Origin: a virus
Lineage: Duplodnaviria > Heunggongvirae > Uroviricota > Caudoviricetes
Length of the DNA stretch: 19,808 nucleotides
IMG/VR virus record: IMGVR_UViG_2617270952_000001
Reading direction: 5' to 3' (one strand)
Below, in pieces: positions 1-7,171 of this stretch. The notes beneath the pieces are model-generated. The model saw nothing but the letters and a program-made list of their open reading frames with translations. It made no database searches and had not been told where the DNA came from. The position numbers and the translations under genes are program-made. Position 1 is the first letter of the stretch. Each line of letters starts with the position of its first letter.

Positions 1-210
1 AACGCTGAAAAATGAGAGCCTGAGCCACTATCGTTTTAATAACCGGGATGAAGCCATCTCAGTAATACGGGAATACATTGAGATTTTCTACAATCGTCAG
101 CGTCGTCACTCTCGTCTGGGGAATATCTCCCCGGCAGCCTTCAGGGAAAAATATCATCAGATGGCTGCTTAAAAAAAGAACAAATGGTAGTGTCCGCTAT
201 TGCCAGTACA
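1..210 (+). mobile_element. 3' end of an IS3-family insertion sequence (orfB 3' end plus right terminal repeat ending ...TGCCAGTACA)
   Basis: Frame 2 of 2-172 translates to ...EYIEIFYNRQRRHSRLGNISPAAFREKYHQMAA*, a typical IS3-family OrfB C-terminus. Sequence 185-210 ends in CA and resembles IS3/IS150-group terminal repeats (reverse complement begins TGTACTG). Left part of the element lies outside the window. Confidence 0.6.
2..172 (+). CDS. IS3-family transposase OrfB, C-terminal fragment (5' end outside window)
   Basis: Open frame from the window edge to TAA at 170-172; conserved YNxxRxHSxLGxxSP motif of IS3-family DDE transposases. Confidence 0.7.
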   Translation, partial: TLKNESLSHYRFNNRDEAISVIREYIEIFYNRQRRHSRLGNISPAAFREKYHQMAA

Positions 211-646
211 CCTCACGCTTCCAGTCTTCGCGGTCGTTGTCGATAACTTCTTTTTTTGCCCAGCGATGGATGCTGCCGTCAATGTTTCCGGCATCCACAT
301 CACTAGGCCAGAGAGCGTAGGCCAGTTCGTCATCCAGTGTTTTCCATGTCTGCTTGTATTCGCGATGAATGGCAGCAATGACCGGGCTGATTTTTCCTGT
401 TGAATTTTCAGTGTACTGTTGATTGGCTCTGGCGCGGGCGAGATCAACAACAGACGTGTATTTTCCGGTTTCCTTGCGTTCACCTTCGCGACGTTTTTTC
501 CAGATGCGCATCTCTGCCTGAATTTCGGGCCATTTAGCACCAGGAATACATTTATGCTTAACCCACCCAATGGCGTGCAACTTAAGCTCCGGATACGGGT
601 TATTCCCCTCTGAACAGGCGCGTAAGGACTGGCAAAACGCCCGCAA
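197..646 (-). CDS. hypothetical protein; C-terminal codons and stop lie inside the IS terminus (probably an IS-truncated gene)
   Basis: 149-codon ORF with protein-like charged composition. First codon at 646 is TTG; first ATG is codon 46. The last three codons and the TAG stop (197-208) fall within the putative IS terminal repeat. Confidence 0.35.
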   Translation of the reverse strand: MRAFCQSLRACSEGNNPYPELKLHAIGWVKHKCIPGAKWPEIQAEMRIWKKRREGERKETGKYTSVVDLARARANQQYTENSTGKISPVIAAIHREYKQTWKTLDDELAYALWPSDVDAGNIDGSIHRWAKKEVIDNDREDWKREVYWQ

Positions 647-836
647 AAAACTCTCGAGGGCAAAGGTGAAGAAACCTGCTGTGGTTGATCCGGACCTTAT
701 CTGGTCATCACCTGACGGAGAAATACGTCGCTACGACAGTCGCCTAAACATAATCTGTCGCGAGTGCCGGAAGAGCGAAGTTATGCAGCGCATACTGGCT
801 TTCTATCAGGGTAATTTTCAGGACGTGGCGCAGTGA
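570..836 (+). CDS. small hypothetical ORF translationally coupled to the methyltransferase frame (GTG at 666 is an alternative start that avoids overlap with the minus ORF)
   Basis: ORF ends in TGA overlapping the GTG at 833 (GTGA). A GAGGG motif lies 6 nt upstream of the in-frame GTG at 666. May be the out-of-frame N-terminal part of the methyltransferase. Confidence 0.3.
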   Translation: MACNLSSGYGLFPSEQARKDWQNARKKLSRAKVKKPAVVDPDLIWSSPDGEIRRYDSRLNIICRECRKSEVMQRILAFYQGNFQDVAQ

Positions 837-1279
837 GTGCACCGGCAACCATTCTTGATATGTGCTGTGGCAGCCGCATGTTCTGGTTCGATAAGTCTGA
901 CGAACGGGCGATATTCAGCGATATCAGAAAAGAAGGATACACATTACGCAATGGGAGACGCTTGATTATCAGCCCTGACATTATCGCAGATTTTCGTGCA
1001 TTATCATTTGCAGACGCATCTTTTTCGATGGTTGTATTAGACCCTCCGCATCTTGAGAGTGTTGGTGATAACGCCTGGATGGGAAAGAAATATGGACGGC
1101 TGAATAAAGATGCCTGGCGTGATGATTCGCGACAGAAATTTAAAGAAGCCTTTCGGGTGTTGAGGCCGCACGGCGTTCTGATTTTTTAATGGAATGAAAC
1201 GCAAATACCGGTAAGCCAGATTCTGGCACTGACAGACAGAAAACCTGTTATCTGTCAACGAACAGGGAAAAAACGATAA
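833..1279 (+). pseudogene. SAM-dependent methyltransferase (motif I DMCCGSR, motif IV VVLDPPHL) interrupted by an in-frame TAA at 1187-1189
   Basis: The 118-codon ORF has a motif-I-like glycine-rich segment and a DPPH motif 60 aa later. After the TAA the same frame continues for 29 codons (WNETQIPVSQ...) to a TAA at 1277-1279. Confidence 0.5.
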
Positions 1280-1451
1280 AACCCACTGGATTATTTTTAT
1301 GAAAGAGGCATCCAGTGAGTAGATTCGTAAGGCTACAGATACGTATATCTGAATAATTAAATTCAGTTCTGTAAATAAAATTTAATCCTTAACCGGATGG
1401 ATTTCTGCACCCTCAGAACATCAGGAGGCCGCCCGAAAGGGCGGTAGTGAA

Positions 1452-1562
1452 ATGCGAAAGTTCAAAATTATTATTGAAACGGGAATAGCTGGTGGAGATT
1501 TTGAGGATGTATTCGAAGTGGACGATGACGCAACACCTGAGGAAATTCATGACGGAGCATAA
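1452..1562 (+). CDS. mini-ORF (36 aa, acidic) preceded by an AGGAGG-hairpin-ATG arrangement
   Basis: ATG at 1452. AGGAGG at 1423-1428 is separated from the ATG by a perfect 6-bp stem with GAAA loop (1429-1444). Stop overlaps the next ATG (ATGA). Confidence 0.3.
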   Translation: MRKFKIIIETGIAGGDFEDVFEVDDDATPEEIHDGA

Positions 1563-2341
1563 GAAATTTTCTTTAACTACTGCAATTACTCATACCACGA
1601 AATAAAAGACGATGAGGAAGAACAAAGTGGCTGATTTTTGTTCAGCTAAATATAACATCAGTTTTGAAGAGCGGGATGAACTATTAATGGACTATGGTGA
1701 GTTACGCGGTGGAAGTGCTGCTGATGTCGAATCCTAGCGTGATGACTATGAAGCGGGAAAAACTCCGGTCGAAGCATATTGTGATGAGTGGGGCGATGAA
1801 TGAGCGAGATTAATTATCAGGAAGGGCATGAAACGGCGGGGGAAGCAAAACCAGTGGCATGGCGATATCGCTACGTGAAAAAAGGCGTTACGGACTTTCA
1901 GGGGAAGTAGTGGTCTGGTGACTGGAAATATGTACCGAAAAAAGAGGATTGTAACGACAGGCCGAACTATCAAATTCAGGCCTTATTCACTGCCTCACCA
2001 GTCCCAGTTACATCAGAAGAACTGGTTAAAGCTGTGCACTTTTATGAACAACTAAAACGCGAAAATCCACCAACATCCGGCAACTAGATTAATGGATTAA
2101 CTATGTCGGTTAAACGACCAGCCAACTGAAAAAGCGGAAACCTGATTACAGGTTGCCAGATAAGGCAATGAGCTACCTGGCGCGGAACGGACTGATAAGT
2201 ATGGGGAATGTTTTACGATGAACCTTTAGACTAAAGAGTTTGTAACGCTATGTAAGTGATTTTTTCTGGTTTAGATATTTATATGTCCGGCCAAATTGAG
2301 GTGTGTTTAAATGTAATTGCACATTGATTGTAGGAGGAATA

Positions 2342-2521
2342 ATGAAAAACGCATTGCAGTTTTTGTTTGTTGCGTTCTGGTTGTTCGCATCATGTATGCC
2401 CATCATCTTCACAGCAAGGTATATGGAAAAAGTTGATGTTTTGATATTAATATTTGGATATATAAATGCCCTTTTTTTAGGGGTGTTCATGGCGGTCATG
2501 TGCATTGAATACTGGCGGTAA
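2342..2521 (+). CDS. small membrane protein, 59 aa, two predicted transmembrane helices
   Basis: AGGAGG at 2332-2337, 4 nt before the ATG. Product MKNALQFLFVAFWLFASCMPIIFTARYMEKVDVLILIFGYINALFLGVFMAVMCIEYWR has two hydrophobic stretches of about 20 aa. Confidence 0.5.
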   Translation: MKNALQFLFVAFWLFASCMPIIFTARYMEKVDVLILIFGYINALFLGVFMAVMCIEYWR

Positions 2522-2779
2522 ATACAGCGAACTCCATTGGTTTAGTTGGATATTTACTGTGCTGGACAAAAACGGTTTGCGGGGAAATCTTAGTTAAGTA
2601 GAATGACTGCGGGTGCTTGAGGCTATCTGCCTCGGGCATGGACACCAACGGCAGATAGAGAAAAGCCCCAGTTAACATTACGCGTCCTGCAAGACGCTTA
2701 ACATTAATCTGAGGCCAATTTCATGCTAGACACATGTAGGTTAGCCTCTTACGTGCCGAAAGGCACGGAGAAGCAGGCT

Positions 2780-4420
2780 ATTGTTAACACCAAGCTGTAA
2801 TGTCCCCTTTGAACCATTCTAAAATGTCCCCAGACAATTCTCTGGGGGATTTTTCATGATCAAAGAGACTGTTACGATGAGTCATAAGGAACTCCACCGA
2901 CTTCAGATTATTCAGGAACAAGCTGCGGCACGCATTGGCATTTCTATTCGGCAGGTTAAACGTCTGGTGCAACGGTATAGAAATGAAGGGCCTTCTGGTC
3001 TGGTTTCCCACCGACGTGGAAAGCGTCCTAATAATTCCTTTTCTACTGAATTCAGAGCAACAGTAATTTCACTCCTCAAAGGCCGTTACGCTGATTTTGG
3101 ACCTACGTTTGCGTGCGAAAAATTGCGCGAGATACACGGTTTATCTTTATCCGTTGAAACTCTCAGAAAGTGGATGATAGAAGAGGGGTTATGGCGTGAA
3201 CGCCGTCGTAAAATTGCCCGTATATATCAACGCCGCATGCGACGACCATCTTACGGTGAACTGATCCAGATTGATGGCTCACCTCATGACTGGTTTGAAA
3301 ATCGAGGCCCCAGATGTACACTGATCGTTTTCATTGATGATGCCACCAGTGCGTTGATGGCGTTGCGTTTTGTGCCTGCTGAAACAACCCGGGCTTACAT
3401 GGAAACCCTCCGGGGTTACCTTAATGATCATGGCGTACCGCTCGCTCTCTACTCTGATAGACACAGTATATTCAGGGTAAATAACCCAGAGCGGGAAGGT
3501 GAGCTGACCCAGTTCACTCGTGCGATAAAGACACTGGGCATCGAGCCAATCCATGCCAACAGCCCGCAGGCAAAAGGGCGGGTAGAGCGCGCCAATCAGA
3601 CACTACAGGACAGGCTGGTCAAAGAAATGCGGCTTCAGAATATCAGTGATATTGAAACAGCAAATGCATGGTTGCCGACCTTTATTGAAGCCTATAACAA
3701 CCGGTTCGCTACGTCGCCTCGTACTACTGATAATGCTCATCTTGATGTGCACCATTCTGAAGAGGAACTGGGTTATATCTTCAGCCTACAGGCGAAGCGC
3801 GTTCTGTCTAAAAATCTCACTTTCCAGTACAAAAGCAGTGCGTTTCAGGTACGCAGTGAGGGCCGGGGATATCGACTTAGGCATTCGGTTGTTACTGTAT
3901 GCGAGAACTTTGACGGTGAAATTAACGTTCTGTATGACGGGAAAGCGCTGGGCTGGGAAAAGTATGTTGATGGCCCGGAGCCTATACCACTGGATGATGA
4001 AAAGAGTGTCCATGAACGAGTGGATAATGCCCGTATTGATTTACGCTCAAAATACTATGTTAAACCTAAAGCTGACCATCCCTGGCTTACGCGCCGAACG
4101 CAAAGTCATCAGCAAGTTAAGCCCCCGAAGTTACCTAAAAAGAAGCCTGATCCCGATAAAAAAGATTGAAACCAAGATCGATTCGGTTGAGTGCATATCC
4201 ATTCATAGGGTAGATTCTTAAGTCGCGTTTCTGGTGTTCATTTTCGGGTGGTTTGTTACTTGTTTTACCGGGGATATGCCAGAAACGCGCTGAGTCAGTC
4301 TGGGCGGTGCGCGTAATGAGGCGTTATGGTAAATAGCCTATGCTAATGTCCGCTAAGAGCAAGAAGCGGAAGTTGGCAGTTTTGTGGACTGTCCCCACAA
4401 AAGTGACTACAGAAATAGTT
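2780..4420 (+). mobile_element. putative insertion sequence carrying the DDE transposase; termini not resolved
   Basis: Transposase ORF flanked by short repeated motifs (AATGTCCCC at 2799-2807 and 2823-2831; TAATGTCC at 4344-4351; TGTCCCC at 4390-4396). I could not find clean terminal inverted repeats, so the boundaries are approximate. Confidence 0.3.
2856..4169 (+). CDS. DDE transposase with retroviral-integrase-type (rve) catalytic core and N-terminal helix-turn-helix; IS481/ISNCY-like single-ORF transposase
   Basis: 437-aa ORF. Catalytic-core signature IQIDGS ... LYSDRHS ... KGRVERANQTLQD (D, D, E with K/R), N-terminal HTH (IGISIRQVKRLVQRY), basic C-terminal tail. Confidence 0.85.
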   Translation: MIKETVTMSHKELHRLQIIQEQAAARIGISIRQVKRLVQRYRNEGPSGLVSHRRGKRPNNSFSTEFRATVISLLKGRYADFGPTFACEKLREIHGLSLSVETLRKWMIEEGLWRERRRKIARIYQRRMRRPSYGELIQIDGSPHDWFENRGPRCTLIVFIDDATSALMALRFVPAETTRAYMETLRGYLNDHGVPLALYSDRHSIFRVNNPEREGELTQFTRAIKTLGIEPIHANSPQAKGRVERANQTLQDRLVKEMRLQNISDIETANAWLPTFIEAYNNRFATSPRTTDNAHLDVHHSEEELGYIFSLQAKRVLSKNLTFQYKSSAFQVRSEGRGYRLRHSVVTVCENFDGEINVLYDGKALGWEKYVDGPEPIPLDDEKSVHERVDNARIDLRSKYYVKPKADHPWLTRRTQSHQQVKPPKLPKKKPDPDKKD

Positions 4421-4564
4421 GCAATTCATAATTGATCATGGGTTGTCAGTTAAACTCGTGGCGATTTAAATAGACTAATTGGGAGTGCGTCCATTACTTA
4501 TATCTTGTAATGTTAACTATCAGAAATGATACAAAGATAATATGTCTTTAAAGAAAAGGCTGAT

Positions 4565-4592
4565 GGCGAAAAGTGGCCCGATGAGGGCCACA
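4565..4592 (-). terminator. rho-independent terminator downstream of flxA
   Basis: 7-bp stem GTGGCCC/GGGCCAC with 5-nt loop (4574-4592), followed on the minus strand by TTTTCGCC. Confidence 0.5.
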
Positions 4593-4605
4593 ATACGGCT
4601 GTCAC

Positions 4606-4938
4606 TTAGACGTAAATATCAATGGTGCCAGCGGTATTTGTATCGTCTTTTTTCTCTTCTTTTTTATCAGGCTGAACTGTCGCGTCTTCATTCTTTTTCT
4701 CTGCCTGCTGCCTTAACAACTGCTCCAGTTGAGCCCAGAGGCTTTCAATTTGCTTCTGTACCAATGCAGCCATTTCTTTTTTCTGCTGTGTCGTCATCCC
4801 CTCTTCCGATGAGATTTTCCCAAGCTTTTCAGTCAGCACCTGAATTTGTCTTGTGATTTTGGCTATTTCTGATGTTCCTTCCGGGGCGGAGTTGTTTGAA
4901 ATAACGGTTGAGGTATTTCCCTGAATTGTGACAGACAT
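4606..4938 (-). CDS. flxA: FlxA (FliA-regulated protein of Qin prophage)
   Basis: 110-aa product MSVTIQGNTSTVISNNSAPEGTSEIAKITRQIQVLTEKLG... matches my recollection of K-12 FlxA. A sigma-28-type promoter lies immediately upstream. Confidence 0.9.
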   Translation of the reverse strand: MSVTIQGNTSTVISNNSAPEGTSEIAKITRQIQVLTEKLGKISSEEGMTTQQKKEMAALVQKQIESLWAQLEQLLRQQAEKKNEDATVQPDKKEEKKDDTNTAGTIDIYV

Positions 4939-4961
4939 AGATTTCTCCTTTTAAAAAAGCA

Positions 4962-4988
4962 CTATCGGCATGCACAAAAAAATCTTTA
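4962..4988 (-). promoter_or_regulatory. sigma-28 (FliA) type promoter for flxA
   Basis: Minus strand reads TAAAGATT-N11-GCCGATAG, close to the sigma-28 consensus TAAAGTTT-N11-GCCGATAA, about 25 nt upstream of the flxA ATG. Confidence 0.65.
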
Positions 4989-5140
4989 ATCGTATTTCTT
5001 GTGTCATTAATTGTTTGATGTTCAGATTGTTTTCCTCGCGGGCTGGCGCGCCTCAGAAAGTAAAGCTTGTTGACAGGGGTAAACGTTCGGCAATAATTTT
5101 CTGCCGCATGCGGGTGTTGCATAAAACGTGTTACGTTCCT

Positions 5141-5446
5141 TTATCGACAGGTCAGGTCACCGCTCACCCGCCGACGAGAAAGCAACACTGACATGCTAAA
5201 GCAAAAAATAGATGAATAAGTTGAGTTGTGCATATGTAGCCTGACCGTCACAAAGTATATGGTGTCTGTACCAGTAAGATGATGGCCGGACTCTTTAAAA
5301 ACGAGCTGACCTGCACAATACAGGATGGACTTAGCAATGGCTGCTCCTGGCACAAAGCGGACAGTGATCACCGTTCTTACGACTACTTTCTGACTTCCTT
5401 CGTGACTTGCCCTAAGCATGTTGTTGTGCGATACTTGTAATGACAT
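5141..5446 (-). CDS. ydfV: hypothetical protein at the position of YdfV (between relB and flxA)
   Basis: 101-codon ORF in the position and with the length I recall for K-12 ydfV. Its ATG (5444-5446) lies inside the relBE operator palindrome; no clear Shine-Dalgarno seen. Confidence 0.5.
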   Translation of the reverse strand: MSLQVSHNNMLRASHEGSQKVVVRTVITVRFVPGAAIAKSILYCAGQLVFKESGHHLTGTDTIYFVTVRLHMHNSTYSSIFCFSMSVLLSRRRVSGDLTCR

Positions 5447-5459
5447 TTGTAATTACAAG
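5434..5459. promoter_or_regulatory. relBE operator (relO) inverted repeat in the relB promoter
   Basis: Palindrome CTTGTAATGACATTTGTAATTACAAG 12 nt upstream of the relB ATG; RelB-RelE autoregulation through such a palindrome is established. Confidence 0.7.
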
Positions 5460-5470
5460 AGGTGTAAGAC

Positions 5471-5710
5471 ATGGGTAGCATTAACCTGCGTATTGACGAT
5501 GAACTTAAAGCGCGTTCTTACGCCGCGCTTGAAAAAATGGGTGTAACTCCTTCTGAAGCGCTTCGTCTCATGCTCGAGTATATCGCTGACAATGAACGCT
5601 TGCCGTTCAAACAGACACTCCTGAGTGATGAAGATGCTGAACTTGTGGAGATAGTGAAAGAACGGCTTCGTAATCCTAAGCCAGTACGTGTGACGCTGGA
5701 TGAACTCTGA
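5471..5710 (+). CDS. relB: RelB antitoxin
   Basis: 79-aa product MGSINLRIDDELKARSYAALEKMGVTPSEALRLMLEYIADNERLPF... matches RelB; stop overlaps the relE start (TGATG). Confidence 0.95.
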   Translation: MGSINLRIDDELKARSYAALEKMGVTPSEALRLMLEYIADNERLPFKQTLLSDEDAELVEIVKERLRNPKPVRVTLDEL

Positions 5711-5997
5711 TGGCGTATTTTCTGGATTTTGACGAGCGGGCACTAAAGGAATGGCGAAAGCTGGGCTCGACGGTACGTGAACAGTTGAAAAAGAAGCTGG
5801 TTGAAGTACTTGAGTCACCCCGGATTGAAGCAAACAAGCTCCGTGGTATGCCTGATTGTTACAAGATTAAGCTCCGGTCTTCAGGCTATCGCCTTGTATA
5901 CCAGGTTATAGACGAGAAAGTTGTCGTTTTCGTGATTTCTGTTGGGAAAAGAGAACGCTCGGAAGTATATAGCGAGGCGGTCAAACGCATTCTCTGA
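5710..5997 (+). CDS. relE: RelE toxin (ribosome-dependent mRNA endonuclease)
   Basis: 95-aa product MAYFLDFDERALKEWRKLGSTVREQLKKKLVEVLESPRIEANKLRGMPDCYKIKLRSSGYRLVYQV... matches RelE. Confidence 0.95.
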   Translation: MAYFLDFDERALKEWRKLGSTVREQLKKKLVEVLESPRIEANKLRGMPDCYKIKLRSSGYRLVYQVIDEKVVVFVISVGKRERSEVYSEAVKRIL

Positions 5998-6068
5998 ACC
6001 AAAGCATGACATCTCTGTTTCGCACCGAAGGTGACACTTCTGCTTTGCGTTGACAGGAGAAGCAGGCT

Positions 6069-6224
6069 ATGAAGCAGCAAAAGGCGATGTTAATCGCCCT
6101 GATCGTCATCTGTTTAACCGTCATAGTGACGGCACTGGTAACGAGGAAAGACCTCTGCGAGGTACGAATCCGAACCGGCCAGACGGAGGTCGCTGTCTTC
6201 ACAGCTTACGAACCTGAGGAGTAA
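6069..6224 (+). CDS. hokD: Hok-family membrane toxin (HokD/RelF), 51 aa
   Basis: ATG at 6069 gives MKQQKAMLIALIVICLTVIVTALVTRKDLCEVRIRTGQTEVAVFTAYEPEE*, the Hok family signature. Below the 60-aa cutoff of the supplied ORF track. Confidence 0.9.
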   Translation: MKQQKAMLIALIVICLTVIVTALVTRKDLCEVRIRTGQTEVAVFTAYEPEE

Positions 6225-6292
6225 GAGACCCGGCGGGGGAGAAATCCCTCGCCACCTCTGATGTGGCAGGCATCCTCAACGCACCCGCACTT

Positions 6293-6319
6293 AACCCGCT
6301 TCGGCGGGGTTTTGTTTTT
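6293..6319 (+). terminator. rho-independent terminator after hokD
   Basis: CCCGC-TTCG-GCGGG hairpin followed by GTTTTGTTTTT. Confidence 0.6.
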
Positions 6320-6440
6320 ATTTTCAACGCGTTTGAAGTTCTGGACGGTGCCGGAATAGAATCAAAAATACTTAAGTAGCGCGCAGGGATAAGAGGGATG
6401 GTCCCTTAAAGGGGAGAGCTAATTATCCGGAAGGATTCTG

Positions 6441-6692
6441 ATGATGAACATCGAAGAACTGCGTAAAATTTTTTGTGAAGATGGCCTCTATGCTGTGTGC
6501 GTTGAAAATGGAAATCTTGTTAGTCATTACCGCATTATGTGTTTGCGAAAGAATGGGGCTGCGTTAATTAATTTTGTGGATGCTCGGGTCACGGACGGAT
6601 TTATCTTGCGCGAAGGTGAGTTTGTCACTTCATTACAGGCATTGAAAGAGATCGGAATAAAAGCTGGCTTTTCTGCTTTTTCAGGAGAATAA
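6441..6692 (+). CDS. rem: Rem (Qin prophage small protein)
   Basis: 83-aa product MMNIEELRKIFCEDGLYAVCVENGNLVSHYRIMCLRKNGAALINFVDARV...; position between hokD and the DUF968 gene as in K-12 Qin. Confidence 0.85.
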   Translation: MMNIEELRKIFCEDGLYAVCVENGNLVSHYRIMCLRKNGAALINFVDARVTDGFILREGEFVTSLQALKEIGIKAGFSAFSGE

Positions 6693-6758
6693 ACTCATCT
6701 ACAATCTTGCGCGGGGCTGAACTCCCGCTGAGTAACACCGTGCCACCGGAGAAAACCG

Positions 6759-7158
6759 ATGGCACGCAACGCAAAATATTACAATTCTGATAATTCGCCC
6801 GTTCTTGCCTGCACGCACGGGCGGTATTCTCACGCATTCAAGTCTGAATGGTTCCAGCACCCTCCATGCACTGCAGAACAGGCCGAATGGCTGATTCATT
6901 CTTACCGCAGGCGCGGGTTCGAGGTTAAGAAAGCTCTCAGTCTCGACTATGCCAGCCGACGATCCGCATCATCTGATTGGTCACGGGCAGGGCGGAATGG
7001 GAACAAAAGCACATGATCTCTTTGTGTTGCCTTTGTGCAGAAAGCATCACAACGAGCTGCATACGGATACAGTGGCATTTGAAGATAAGTATGGCTCCCA
7101 ACTGGAGCTGATATTTCGTTTTATCGATCGCGCGCTGGCAATTGGCGTACTGGCGTAA
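6759..7158 (+). pseudogene. ydfU: DUF968/YdfU-like gene remnant with HNH-like motif, split over two frames by a +1 frameshift
   Basis: ORF 6759-7016 and ORF 6949-7158 overlap in different frames. The second carries HHLIGHGQGGMGTKAHD...CRKHHNELHTD. Total span about 400 nt, which I believe is much shorter than intact ydfU. Confidence 0.45.
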
Positions 7159-7171
7159 GTGGAGAACGAGC

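Noticed and set aside
169-663. 164-codon minus-strand ORF overlapping ORF 197-646 in another frame
   Set aside because: Ser/Thr/Gly/Pro-rich, low-complexity translation with no start context; it looks like a frame shadow of the neighbouring ORF.
2560-2800. DicF-like small RNA or nutL/nutR boxA-boxB site in the hairpin block
   Set aside because: The sequence does not resemble DicF as I recall it, and no boxA-like motif precedes the GAAA-loop hairpins in the expected arrangement; kept as an unassigned structured block instead.
3279-4221. ORFs 3279-3554 (-), 3646-4221 (+) and 3786-4013 (-) inside the transposase gene
   Set aside because: All lie within or antisense to the well-supported 437-aa transposase frame and have hydrophobic, low-complexity translations; treated as frame shadows.
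5453-5833. 126-codon minus-strand ORF antisense to relB and relE
   Set aside because: Completely overlapped by two confidently identified genes on the other strand; no independent support.
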